Shown: positions 14,369 to 22,765 of the stretch, in pieces
Position numbering within the stretch: the stretch's first letter is position 1
Layout of the letters: the number at the start of each line of letters is the position of its first letter
DNA from: a bacterium
GTDB lineage: Bacteria > Patescibacteriota > Minisyncoccia > Phycocordibacterales > UBA9973
Direction: 5' to 3'
NCBI GenBank assembly: GCA_021813175.1
Contig: JAKALJ010000002.1
Span: 1-35,982 of the forward strand
DNA length: 35,982 nt
The notes under the pieces: generated by a model
Seen by the model: the letters and a program-made list of their open reading frames with translations, nothing else
Database searches by the model: none
Told to the model about the DNA's origin: nothing
Program-made: the position numbers and the translations under genes

Positions 14369-15039
14369 ATAATTGTACCTTTAAATTTTTTCCCGGCAAG
14401 ATACTGGATAAAATTTTGAAGCGGCTTGCCGTTCATAATGGCCACTTCGATACCGGCCGCTTCCGCTTCCCGGGCCGCGGTGGGATCAAAAGGCGTGGAG
14501 AGGCCCGCTTCCCACCTCTCCGGAATCAGCTTTCGGTACTCAGTCCAGGAAATTTCTTCAATTTTTTTGGCCTTCGGATTTTTCTTCGGGTCTGAATCGT
14601 AGACATAGTCAATATTGGAAAGATTCACCATTCGTTTCGCGCCGAAAGTTCTCGCGGCCAGGACCGCGTCCCAATCGGTGCTGTGTCCGGGTTCATAAGC
14701 GGCTCCGATAATTATCGGTTTGTCCGTGGCTGGTTTTTCGGCTAGGTTTGGCACCACTTTTTCATAAACCGAATTTCCGAAAATAACCCGCAATAATTCC
14801 GCGTTCAATTTAAGCGAGGCGATGCCTATCCAATCCTTGTCTTCTTCCGTAGGCCGGGAAATTTCGGCGGCCGCTTCCTGGTATTGACGGCAAAACTTGC
14901 CTCCGCCCGCCGTAATCACAAATTTTTTTCCTTTCCGGGTTTCAGAAAGAATAAGTTTCCGGAAATCTTTCAGAAATTCTTTGTCTATGCCGTCGGGCAC
15001 AATCAGGGAACCGCCGAGAGATAGGATAATTGTTTCCAT
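14350..15039 (-). CDS. pyrH: UMP kinase, archaeal-type (amino acid kinase family)
   Basis: 229 aa. LSLGGSLIVP, VITAGGGKFCRQY, EPGHSTDWDA, NIDYVYDSDPKKNPKAKKI and FDPTAA follow the archaeal PyrH pattern closely. Confidence 0.78.
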   Translation of the reverse strand: METIILSLGGSLIVPDGIDKEFLKDFRKLILSETRKGKKFVITAGGGKFCRQYQEAAAEISRPTEEDKDWIGIASLKLNAELLRVIFGNSVYEKVVPNLAEKPATDKPIIIGAAYEPGHSTDWDAVLAARTFGAKRMVNLSNIDYVYDSDPKKNPKAKKIEEISWTEYRKLIPERWEAGLSTPFDPTAAREAEAAGIEVAIMNGKPLQNFIQYLAGKKFKGTIITCQVD

Positions 15040-15042
15040 ACT

Positions 15043-15630
15043 TTAGAATCCGAGCCCTCGGATAATATCCTTATGCACCTCCTCAATGTTTTGTTCTCCG
15101 TTAATTGAGAGAATTTGATAGTTCGGTTTACGTTTAAAATATTCCATAGCCGGCATTACATTCTTCACATATTCGTCAAATCTGCGGGCAAGGCCTTCCT
15201 CGGTATCGTCCGCCCTGCCCCGCAGGAGATTCCGCTTCATTGCTTCTTCTCTGCCGATTTCCAAATAAATTATTTTTATATTTTCTCTTCTGAAAAAGAA
15301 CATCATTTTTTCAAACGCTTCCGCTTGGGCCAGAGTGCGGGGATATCCGTCGGCGATCAGGTGTTTCTCCGGAGAAAGTCTGGGAAGCAGGATGTTGGTA
15401 AAGATGGCGTTACTCAAGAAATCTGGCTGAAGCTCGCCCCGGTTTAAGGAATCTTTGATCAGGGACGCCGCGTAGCTTTTTCCTTCAATCAATTTTCTGT
15501 ATTCCGCGCCGGGATAGGCGTATACTGTTTCCTTTCCGTCTTTGTTATTCAGAAATTCAGCCAGAAGCTTCACCTGGGTCCCCTTGCCCGAACCCATCAT
15601 GCCGAAAAATACGAAAGTTTGGGACTGCAT
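15043..15630 (-). CDS. adk: Adenylate kinase (short form)
   Basis: 195 aa with P-loop FFGMMGSGKGTQ, LIADGYPRT, and a short lid RGRADDTEE with no zinc cysteines. Confidence 0.85.
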   Translation of the reverse strand: MQSQTFVFFGMMGSGKGTQVKLLAEFLNNKDGKETVYAYPGAEYRKLIEGKSYAASLIKDSLNRGELQPDFLSNAIFTNILLPRLSPEKHLIADGYPRTLAQAEAFEKMMFFFRRENIKIIYLEIGREEAMKRNLLRGRADDTEEGLARRFDEYVKNVMPAMEYFKRKPNYQILSINGEQNIEEVHKDIIRGLGF

Positions 15631-15682
15631 ATAGCTTAAGAATACAAAATCCGGCTTGAAAAATCAAACTCTTTGCTATATC

Positions 15683-16264
15683 ATGGCTCTAATCATGAAA
15701 AAGGAGATTATCACCATAAACGGTTCGCTCGGCAGCGGAAAATCCAGCACGGCCAAAGGCGTAGCCAAGGAACTGGGTTTTAAACATTTCTCTTCCGGGG
15801 ATTTCTTCCGGCAAGTCGGCCTTGAACTCGGCCTGTCCGTAAACGAAACGAACGTCAGGGCGGAAACCGAACCAGCGATTGACAGGATGACGGACGAAAA
15901 ATTGCGGAATTTGCGGAATTCGGAAAAGATTGTGATTGATTCCCGCACCGCCTATCATTGGATACCGGAATCATTCAAAGTGTATCTCGACCTGCCTCCG
16001 GAAATAGCCAAAAATCGGATATTGGCCAGTCTTAAGGAAGACAAATTGAGGCAAGAGAGCGAGCAAGCGCGCAGCCCGGAAGAAGTATATCAAAAGATGA
16101 AAGAACGTTTTGAGAGCGAGCAAAAAAGGTACTGGGAATTATACAAGATAAGAAACACCGACAAGAGCAATTACGACCTTGTAGTGGACACGGAAAAGAA
16201 TAATCTGGAAGAGGTTATAAATATGGTCGTCTCCGCCTACAAAAAGTGGCTGAAGAAAAAATAA
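15683..16264 (+). CDS. cmk: Cytidylate kinase, archaeal-type short form
   Basis: IITINGSLGSGKSSTAKGVAKELGFKHFSSGDFFR and IVIDSRTAYHWIP. The first ATG is at 15683, with an alternative at 15695; the track start at 15656 is TTG. It is divergent from adk. Confidence 0.7.
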   Translation: MALIMKKEIITINGSLGSGKSSTAKGVAKELGFKHFSSGDFFRQVGLELGLSVNETNVRAETEPAIDRMTDEKLRNLRNSEKIVIDSRTAYHWIPESFKVYLDLPPEIAKNRILASLKEDKLRQESEQARSPEEVYQKMKERFESEQKRYWELYKIRNTDKSNYDLVVDTEKNNLEEVINMVVSAYKKWLKKK

Positions 16265-16274
16265 ACTCTATTTT

Positions 16275-17543
16275 TTAGTACTCCCGCATGGAGATCTGGG
16301 CGTCTATTTTTTTGATCAAATCTATGAGCACCGCCACTACGATGAGGAGGGCGGTGCCGCCGAGGGCCAGAGCGGTGATGCCGGTGAGGGCCCGCATACC
16401 GAGAGGCAGAATGGCGATAAGCCCGAGAAAGATGGCCCCGAGGAAAGTGATCCTGCCAAGCACTTTGGAAATGTAATCCTGGGTGGAAGGGCCCGGGCGG
16501 ATGCCAGGGATAAAGGCGCCGTTTTTCTGCAAATTCTTGGATAGAGTTTCAGGATCAAAGGTAACCGCGGTGTAGAAATAGGTAAAGAGAAATACCAGCA
16601 CGAAATAAATCAGGGCGTATAGAACGGAGGTCTGGGAGAAACCGGCTAAGGACCGGGCAATGGACGCGACGGTCGGATTGGCTGAACCGGCCAAGAAATT
16701 TCCTATCATCTGGGGGAAAAGTAAAATAGAAAGAGCAAAAATAATCGGCATCACTCCGGCTTGATTTACCCGCAAGGGCAGATAAGTGGACCCGCCGCCG
16801 TATATTTTCATGCCCCGCACCTGCTTGGCGTAAGTGACAGGCACCGGACGTTCGGCTTCGGTGGCCACCACCACCCCGGCCGTGATTAGTATGCCCACTA
16901 TCACGAACATGGCGTAAAGAGGAACTTGAGAAGGGTCAAAGGAAAAGGCCAGCTGTCCCACCTCGGAAGGAATACGGGCCACGATACCAGCGAAAATGAG
17001 GAGAGACACTCCGTTGCCGATGCCAAACTCGGACATAAGCTCTCCCATCCAGGTAACCAGCATGGCTCCGGCCACTACCACCACGATGTTTATGAACTGG
17101 TCAAAAGGAGCAAGATTCACCAAAATATTTTGCTTCTCTAAAATAGCCAATAGACTGTAGCCCTGAATAATGGCCAAAGGTATCGTCAGCAATCGGGAAT
17201 ACTGGGTGAATTTCCGGCGGCCCGCCTCGCCTTCTTCTTCATATAAGCGTTTGAGCGAAGGCACCATTATGGTGAGAAGCTGCATGATGATGGAGCTGGT
17301 GATGAAGGGACCCACTCCAAGCATGATGATGGAAAGATTGGAAAGCCCGCCTCCGGCGAAGATGTTCAACACTCCGAAAAATTGGTTGTTGGAAAGAAAA
17401 CGGGAGAGAGCCGAAGCGTCAATGCCGGGAATCGGTATGGCGGCCAAGAGACGGAAGAGAATCAAGGTAAAAAGCACGAAGAGCACCTTTTTTCGCAGGG
17501 CCCGGTCGGTCCAAATTAGTTTTATTTTTTCCCAGAAAGTCAT
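16275..17543 (-). CDS. secY: Preprotein translocase subunit SecY
   Basis: 422 aa with 10 TM segments. IPIPGIDA, GLSNLSIIMLGVGPFITSSIIMQLL and GGSTYLPLRVNQAGVMPIIFA are present. It overlaps rplO by 4 nt. Confidence 0.97.
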   Translation of the reverse strand: MTFWEKIKLIWTDRALRKKVLFVLFTLILFRLLAAIPIPGIDASALSRFLSNNQFFGVLNIFAGGGLSNLSIIMLGVGPFITSSIIMQLLTIMVPSLKRLYEEEGEAGRRKFTQYSRLLTIPLAIIQGYSLLAILEKQNILVNLAPFDQFINIVVVVAGAMLVTWMGELMSEFGIGNGVSLLIFAGIVARIPSEVGQLAFSFDPSQVPLYAMFVIVGILITAGVVVATEAERPVPVTYAKQVRGMKIYGGGSTYLPLRVNQAGVMPIIFALSILLFPQMIGNFLAGSANPTVASIARSLAGFSQTSVLYALIYFVLVFLFTYFYTAVTFDPETLSKNLQKNGAFIPGIRPGPSTQDYISKVLGRITFLGAIFLGLIAILPLGMRALTGITALALGGTALLIVVAVLIDLIKKIDAQISMREY

Positions 17544-17860
17544 TTGATTACTTTAAATTTTATCTTTCCGCCTTTGATTCCCAAACGTTTCCGGAGAGTG
17601 GAGAAAGGTTTCCTTCCTCCAGCCGTAGCGGTTTTTTTGTCCTGATTGATAAAAATTTCTTTCCGGCGCGAATGAAATTTATATCCGCGGCGCTTAGGTA
17701 GGCGCTTGATGATATCCCGCATTTCCGGCCGGCGCTTGTTCCCGGCTCGGGCGGTCTGGCCTTTGCCTCCGCGACCGCTCGTCTTGGCGTGTTTTCCTCC
17801 CCGGCCCACTATGCGGTCCCGCTTATTCTTGTGTTCTCTTTTCAGCTGGTGAATTTGCAT
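17540..17860 (-). CDS. rplO: 50S ribosomal protein L15 (short, 106 aa)
   Basis: VGRGGKHAKTSGRGGKGQTARAG; positioned between rpsE and secY. Confidence 0.88.
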   Translation of the reverse strand: MQIHQLKREHKNKRDRIVGRGGKHAKTSGRGGKGQTARAGNKRRPEMRDIIKRLPKRRGYKFHSRRKEIFINQDKKTATAGGRKPFSTLRKRLGIKGGKIKFKVIK

Positions 17861-17869
17861 ATAAATGGC

Positions 17870-18460
17870 TTAATTATTTTCTTTTTTATTTTTGGAAGAT
17901 TCAGGCTCGGGAGAGAGAAGGGCTTCTTTTTTGACCGGCTTTTTGACGTACTTCCCGGATATTGGAGAAAGAGCCAGCATCACCGCTTTGGCGTTGTTAA
18001 ATTTATTTTTGGTGCTGGAAATCACTTTGCTGGTTATGTCTTTCAGGCCGGCCAAATTGGCGATGTCCCGCACCACCGTTCCGGCAACCAGCCCCCGGCC
18101 GTTGTTTGGCATAATAATTACTTTCGCGCTTCCGAATTTTCCTTTCATCTCATAAGGGATAGACATATTTTTATCCAGTTTTAAGGTTACCATATTTTTT
18201 TTCGCGTTACGCAGGGCTTTGTTTATGGCCAAAGAAGTGTCTCCGGCTTTGCCCAAACCGAGTCCCACCGATCCGCGCCTGTCTCCGGCCGCCAGATACA
18301 CGCTGAAAGAGAACCGGCGGCCGCCGGCCACTACCCGGGTTACCCGGCGAATATCCAGAATTTTTTGATCAAATTCCGGCTTGGGACGCGGGCCGAGCGT
18401 CCGAGGGCGGCCGCCGCCTCTCCCTCCTCTTTCCGCTTTTTTTTCTTCCTTCTGTTCCAT
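17870..18460 (-). CDS. rpsE: 30S ribosomal protein S5 (with Lys-rich terminal extensions)
   Basis: ILDIRRVTRVVAGGRRFSFSVYLAAGDRRGSVGLGLGKAGD. No rpmD lies between it and rplO; the gap is 9 nt. Confidence 0.95.
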   Translation of the reverse strand: MEQKEEKKAERGGRGGGRPRTLGPRPKPEFDQKILDIRRVTRVVAGGRRFSFSVYLAAGDRRGSVGLGLGKAGDTSLAINKALRNAKKNMVTLKLDKNMSIPYEMKGKFGSAKVIIMPNNGRGLVAGTVVRDIANLAGLKDITSKVISSTKNKFNNAKAVMLALSPISGKYVKKPVKKEALLSPEPESSKNKKENN

Positions 18461-18480
18461 ATTTTTTGATTTCTTAAAAA

Positions 18481-18822
18481 TTAAAATTGGAGACCGGCGC
18501 TTCGGGCGGCTTCGGCCAAAAGTTTTATTCGACCCGTATATTTGAAGCCATTCCGGTCAAATACCACTTTTTTCACTCCGGCTTTTTGGCAATTCTTCGC
18601 GATTATGGACCCGATCTCTTTGGCCCTTTCCACTTTGGCGCCGGAAGCAAGCTTCAGGTCGCTGGCTGAAGCCAAAGTTCTTCCTTTAGTGTCATCTATC
18701 ACCTGAGCATAAATGAATTTATTGGAGCGGAACACGGACAGGCGCGGACGCTCCGCCGTTCCCTTAATTTTGGAGCGGATTTTCTTTTTCAAACGGATTC
18801 TTTTTTCTTCTTTTTTTTGCAT
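18481..18822 (-). CDS. rplR: 50S ribosomal protein L18
   Basis: [20 protein letters not shown]...[26 protein letters not shown]. Confidence 0.95.
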   Translation of the reverse strand: MQKKEEKRIRLKKKIRSKIKGTAERPRLSVFRSNKFIYAQVIDDTKGRTLASASDLKLASGAKVERAKEIGSIIAKNCQKAGVKKVVFDRNGFKYTGRIKLLAEAARSAGLQF

Positions 18823-18830
18823 AAATTTGA

Positions 18831-19364
18831 TTAGGCGGTCTTCTTGCCCTGCTTTCTCCTGACAATCTCTCCTTCATAGCGAAAACCCTTTCCCTTATAC
18901 GGCTCGGCTTTCTTCAAGGCGCGGATGGCCGCCGCAAAACTTCCCACTGATTCTTTGTCTATGCCGGCAATGGTAATAATATTTTTTTCCGCGGTAGCAG
19001 TGATCCCTTCCGGAATAGACATCTTTACCGGATGGGAAAATCCAAGAGCAAATTTCATTTCTTTGCCGGTCGCTTCGGATTTAAAGCCTACGCCTTCCAA
19101 AATCAATTTTTTTTGATAGGGTTCCCGCACTCCCTTGATCATATTTTTGATATGAGCGGCATAGGTGCCCCACAGAGATTTTGAAAATTTGTCGTTTCGC
19201 TTGGCTTTCAAAGATACCGATTTTTCTCCCGCGGTGATAGCGATATCATCGCGAAAATTTCTTTTCAATGAACCTTTGGGACCGGTTACCTCCAAAAGGG
19301 TTCCGTTTATGGAAATTTTCACTCCGGGTGGCACTGGTATTTCTTTTTTTCCGATTCTGGACAT
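18831..19364 (-). CDS. rplF: 50S ribosomal protein L6
   Basis: [33 protein letters not shown]...[13 protein letters not shown]. Confidence 0.95.
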   Translation of the reverse strand: MSRIGKKEIPVPPGVKISINGTLLEVTGPKGSLKRNFRDDIAITAGEKSVSLKAKRNDKFSKSLWGTYAAHIKNMIKGVREPYQKKLILEGVGFKSEATGKEMKFALGFSHPVKMSIPEGITATAEKNIITIAGIDKESVGSFAAAIRALKKAEPYKGKGFRYEGEIVRRKQGKKTA

Positions 19365-19381
19365 AGCTTTTTAATCTCTTC

Positions 19382-19768
19382 TTACCATATTTTGAAAAGG
19401 GCTTCTCCGCCGACCTGCTCCTTCTGAGCGCTTTTTCCGTCCAAAATTCCTTTTGGGGTGGAAAGCACCAAGAGACCCTCCCCGCCGCGCACCCGGTGCA
19501 ATTTTTTTACTCCGAAATACACTCGCCTGGATTGCTTGGAAACCCGTTCCACTTGGGTGATCTTGGGCTTTTTGTTTTCATACAAGAGTTCTATTTCAAG
19601 CATGGGCTGGTTTTTCTTCGATTTTTTGGAAATTTCTCCAGCGTAGCCCGCTTTTCTCAGGCACTCGGCGATGGCATGTTTCAAGGCAGAATACGGCACC
19701 GTCACGGATTCCTTGCCCGCGGCGCTCGCGTTCTTCATCATTATAATCATGTTTGCTATCGGATCCAT
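19382..19768 (-). CDS. rpsH: 30S ribosomal protein S8
   Basis: DPIANMIIMMKNA...GLLVLSTPKGILDGKSAQKEQVGGEALFKIW. Confidence 0.95.
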   Translation of the reverse strand: MDPIANMIIMMKNASAAGKESVTVPYSALKHAIAECLRKAGYAGEISKKSKKNQPMLEIELLYENKKPKITQVERVSKQSRRVYFGVKKLHRVRGGEGLLVLSTPKGILDGKSAQKEQVGGEALFKIW

Positions 19769-19814
19769 AAATAAAATTAATTTTGAGGGACTATTTCAAG
19801 GTTTTCATTTTTCT

Positions 19815-20000
19815 CTACCATGACGATTTTCTCACTCCGGGTAATTTTCCTTCGTTGGCATACTCCCGAAAGCAAATTCGGCACAGGCCGAAATCCCGCA
19901 TGTATCCATTGCCCCGACCACAGCGAAAACACCGATTCTTGGCTCGGGTGGAAAATTTCGGTTTGCGTAAAGCTCTTACTTTTACGGAAGTTTTTGCCAT
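19815..20000 (-). CDS. rpsN: 30S ribosomal protein S14, zinc-binding type Z
   Basis: 61 aa with [23 protein letters not shown] (CxxC...CxxC). Confidence 0.93.
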   Translation of the reverse strand: MAKTSVKVRALRKPKFSTRAKNRCFRCGRGNGYMRDFGLCRICFREYANEGKLPGVRKSSW

Positions 20001-20175
20001 CTTGTTTTTACTAACAACAAAAGAGGGGCCCGCCAGCCGGCGAACTGTCCCGCAATATCGCGCTTTATTCCTCCAATCCTTTGCGGTCTTTGTCGGGAAA
20101 TTTCACCAAAAGATTCAGTGAACCAAAGAATTAAAGGAGAAAAGCGGATTACCGGAACATTCTCCCTTAAATTAC

Positions 20176-20204
20176 ATACTATCAGACAACCTAAGGCAAG
20201 TCAA
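20176..20204 (-). promoter_or_regulatory. Putative internal promoter for rpsN and downstream spc genes
   Basis: Minus strand TTGACT (overlapping the pilin stop codon)-N17-TAGTAT, followed by a structured leader of about 170 nt before the rpsN ATG at 20000. Confidence 0.5.
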
Positions 20205-20722
20205 TTAGCAAAACTTCCAGTCACCCAGCTGAATTCACTTTGCCAATTGCGACTGGGGCAGCTCCATCCCGGACTGGTGGGGTACGGATTTGAACCGTAT
20301 CCATCTGTAGTTCTTATGCCAATCACAAAATATCCTCCTCGGCTTGTATCGCAACCATAGTTTCCGGCGGAATAGAAATAGTAAGCAAAATTTCCACAGG
20401 CACCTTCAAGAGATGCTGTAGGGTCTTTCAGGCCGCTTGGCAGATACTTCCCGGCAGTAAGAGCAACAACAAAATTTCCGGCAGTGTCCGCGCCGCTCGA
20501 TTCCCACCCGCCGCAAGGTCCAAAATTCGGAGTCGGATATGTACCATAATCGCTCATATACAATGCCAGAGCATTTTGAAGAGAATGCATCTCGGACAAA
20601 CGTTCCGCGTCTCTGGCCTTTCCTCTGGCTGTGTTAAGACTGGCCAGTACCACCGAAGCTAATATTCCTATAATTGCTATGACTACAAGCAGTTCTATTA
20701 AAGTGAATCCTCGATTGTTCAT
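20201..20722 (-). CDS. Type IV pilin / pseudopilin-like protein (prepilin N-terminal methylation motif)
   Basis: The start is moved to the ATG at 20722, giving [29 protein letters not shown]. This is a short basic leader with Gly-1, Phe+1, Glu+5 and a hydrophobic helix. The globular part has about 150 aa and 6 Cys. The longer track ORF (to 20854) overlaps the upstream gene. Confidence 0.85.
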   Translation of the reverse strand: MNNRGFTLIELLVVIAIIGILASVVLASLNTARGKARDAERLSEMHSLQNALALYMSDYGTYPTPNFGPCGGWESSGADTAGNFVVALTAGKYLPSGLKDPTASLEGACGNFAYYFYSAGNYGCDTSRGGYFVIGIRTTDGYGSNPYPTSPGWSCPSRNWQSEFSWVTGSFAN

Positions 20723-20742
20723 ACACTTTTGTGTGTATTCTC

Positions 20743-21123
20743 TTAAGGCAAATGCGAGCCCTGTTGATTTATGATGATTTTCTCTATTTGTGTATTGGTC
20801 AAAGGTTTTGCTTTTACACCGCCAATAAAAAGAAATAAAGAAACCACCACACACAAAAAAATGACTCCTAGAAGAACCGCATCCGCCTGTTTTTTTGTTT
20901 TGATCGCGCCGCCGGAGAGTTTTATCACGAGCTTTACCAGGCCGGAGGGTTTTTCATCCGTTTCGGATGGAGCGGCGGCAGAGCGGGGATAGAGGGAGAC
21001 ATCTTGCGGCCCTTCCGCCTCGACCTCAGTCGGGGCGGAAGGGCCGCCTGTCCGCGCCTTCTCTTCCGCTTCAAACTGGCGCAAGGCTCGCGCAATTTCA
21101 TCATTTTGCCCAAGCTGATCCAC
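20743..21123 (-). CDS. Hypothetical single-pass membrane protein (acidic/Pro-rich N-terminal region)
   Basis: 126 aa with a GTG start at 21123 and one TM helix ([22 protein letters not shown]) near the C terminus. No motif was recognised. It is locally GC-richer than its neighbours. Confidence 0.45.
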   Translation of the reverse strand: MDQLGQNDEIARALRQFEAEEKARTGGPSAPTEVEAEGPQDVSLYPRSAAAPSETDEKPSGLVKLVIKLSGGAIKTKKQADAVLLGVIFLCVVVSLFLFIGGVKAKPLTNTQIEKIIINQQGSHLP

Positions 21124-21138
21124 TTTTATATTATAACT

Positions 21139-21705
21139 CTAGTCTTTTTTGAACGGTACCCCGAGAAGTTCATAGAAAGCCAAGCCCTCTTTTTTGTTTT
21201 TAGCAGTGGATACTAAGGTTATGGACAGCCCGAAGACATCCCGAATGTCTTCGTCCGCCGTCTCCGGGAAAATTGTGTGTTCTTTGATGCCGATGGTCAG
21301 GTTTCCGATATTGTCCACCGCGCTCCTTTTCACTCCGCGGAAATCTTTGGTGCGAGGCAGGGCCACATTCAGAAACTTTTCCAAAAATGCGTACATTCGT
21401 TTGCCCCGCAAGGTTACCACCGCTCCAATCGGGTCACCTTGCCGAATCTTGAAAGAAGCCACCGATTTTTTGGCTCCGCGCAGAGCCCCTCGCTGGCCGC
21501 TGATTTTTGCCAGGCGGTCCAGCACCAATTGGTTTGCTTCCTTGTTGGTCTTCTGTTTCGTTCCCGTGCCGGCATTCAGCACAACCTTTTCCAGTCTGGG
21601 CGCGGAAAGCTTCGCTTTGTAATGAAAAACCTCTTTCAGTTTTGGAAAGACTTCCGATTCTTTTTCTTTGACGGTTAGATATTTCATGATATGCGGTTCA
21701 ATCAA
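21139..21705 (-). CDS. rplE: 50S ribosomal protein L5
   Basis: PRLEKVVLNAGTG...KSVASFKIRQGDPIGAVVTLRGKRMYAFLEKF. An alternative start lies at 21687 (MKYLTVKEK). Confidence 0.95.
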   Translation of the reverse strand: MIEPHIMKYLTVKEKESEVFPKLKEVFHYKAKLSAPRLEKVVLNAGTGTKQKTNKEANQLVLDRLAKISGQRGALRGAKKSVASFKIRQGDPIGAVVTLRGKRMYAFLEKFLNVALPRTKDFRGVKRSAVDNIGNLTIGIKEHTIFPETADEDIRDVFGLSITLVSTAKNKKEGLAFYELLGVPFKKD

Positions 21706-21916
21706 CTTTTTTTACATTTGAAACGTGTATAGGCATCGGTATATCGTTCACCGACCCTTTCTCTTTGGTGGTTTTGGGACGGCGGTGCTTTTTGTATATA
21801 TTCGCGCCTTCCACAATGACTTTATCCTCTCTCGGCAGAGCTTTCAGTATTTTTCCGCGCTTGCCTTTGTCTTTGCCGGCGATGATTATTACGTTGTCTC
21901 CTTTTTTTATTTTCAT
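21698..21916 (-). CDS. rplX: 50S ribosomal protein L24 (short)
   Basis: MKIKKGDNVIIIAGKDKGKRGKILKALPREDKVIVEGANIYKKH. Confidence 0.92.
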   Translation of the reverse strand: MKIKKGDNVIIIAGKDKGKRGKILKALPREDKVIVEGANIYKKHRRPKTTKEKGSVNDIPMPIHVSNVKKVD

Positions 21917-21925
21917 AATTTTTTC

Positions 21926-22297
21926 TTATATCACTTCCGGCGCCAGAGAAATTATTTTTTGGTATCCCATTTCCGCGAGCTCTCGGGGAATAGGCCCGAA
22001 AATACGACCGGCTTTCGGATCCATCTTTCCTTTTTCCAAAAGCACCACCGCGTTGTCGTCAAAGCGGATGTATGAACCGTCTTTTCGGCGATAAGCGTCC
22101 CGAGTGCGCACCACCACCGCTTCACTCACCTCTTTTTTCTTCACCAATTTGCGGGGACTGGCCGTTTTTACGGATATGACCACCTTCTCTCCAAGGGAAG
22201 CGTACCGCTTCTTGGAACTGCCGAGAATTTTAAACACTTTTCCGACCGTACCGCCGGCATTGTCCGTTATTTTTACCAATGTTTCCGCTTGAATCAT
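21926..22297 (-). CDS. rplN: 50S ribosomal protein L14
   Basis: MIQAETLVKITDNAGG...YIRFDDNAVVLL...GPIPREL. Confidence 0.96.
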   Translation of the reverse strand: MIQAETLVKITDNAGGTVGKVFKILGSSKKRYASLGEKVVISVKTASPRKLVKKKEVSEAVVVRTRDAYRRKDGSYIRFDDNAVVLLEKGKMDPKAGRIFGPIPRELAEMGYQKIISLAPEVI

Positions 22298-22306
22298 AAT
22301 ATTTTC

Positions 22307-22534
22307 TTAAATTACTTTAAAGCTCTTGTCCTTGGACATCGGCCTGGTGGAAACTATTTCCACCTCGTCTCCTGTTTTGTATTTGTTTTCCGGATCGTGC
22401 GCCTTGTATTTTTTGTTCATCTTATAATATTTTCCGTATTTCGGATGCTTCACGAAGCGGGAAACGGAGACTACCACGGTCTTGTCCATTTTGTCGCTCA
22501 ATACTATTCCTTTTAATCTTTGGATTTTGGGCAT
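22307..22534 (-). CDS. rpsQ: 30S ribosomal protein S17
   Basis: [41 protein letters not shown]. Confidence 0.94.
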   Translation of the reverse strand: MPKIQRLKGIVLSDKMDKTVVVSVSRFVKHPKYGKYYKMNKKYKAHDPENKYKTGDEVEIVSTRPMSKDKSFKVI

Positions 22535-22535
22535 G

Positions 22536-22739
22536 TTATTTTTTCTTCCGCTTGGGACTGTTTAATTCCGTCAGAACCCGAGCGATTTCCTTTCTTAAAT
22601 TTTTGCTTTCCTTCACGTTTTTTGACTTGGCTCCTTCGGTCTTGAATTGGAGGGCGCGTTTTCTTTCCTGAAGCTCGCTCAATTTTTTCCGAAGCTCTTC
22701 GTCTGTCATTGATTTTAAATTTTCTTTTTTATTTTTCAT
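22536..22739 (-). CDS. rpmC: 50S ribosomal protein L29
   Basis: 67 aa, helical and basic ([25 protein letters not shown]); positioned between rplP and rpsQ. Confidence 0.88.
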   Translation of the reverse strand: MKNKKENLKSMTDEELRKKLSELQERKRALQFKTEGAKSKNVKESKNLRKEIARVLTELNSPKRKKK

Positions 22740-22765
22740 TTTTTATTCCTTACGGATGGCGGCAA

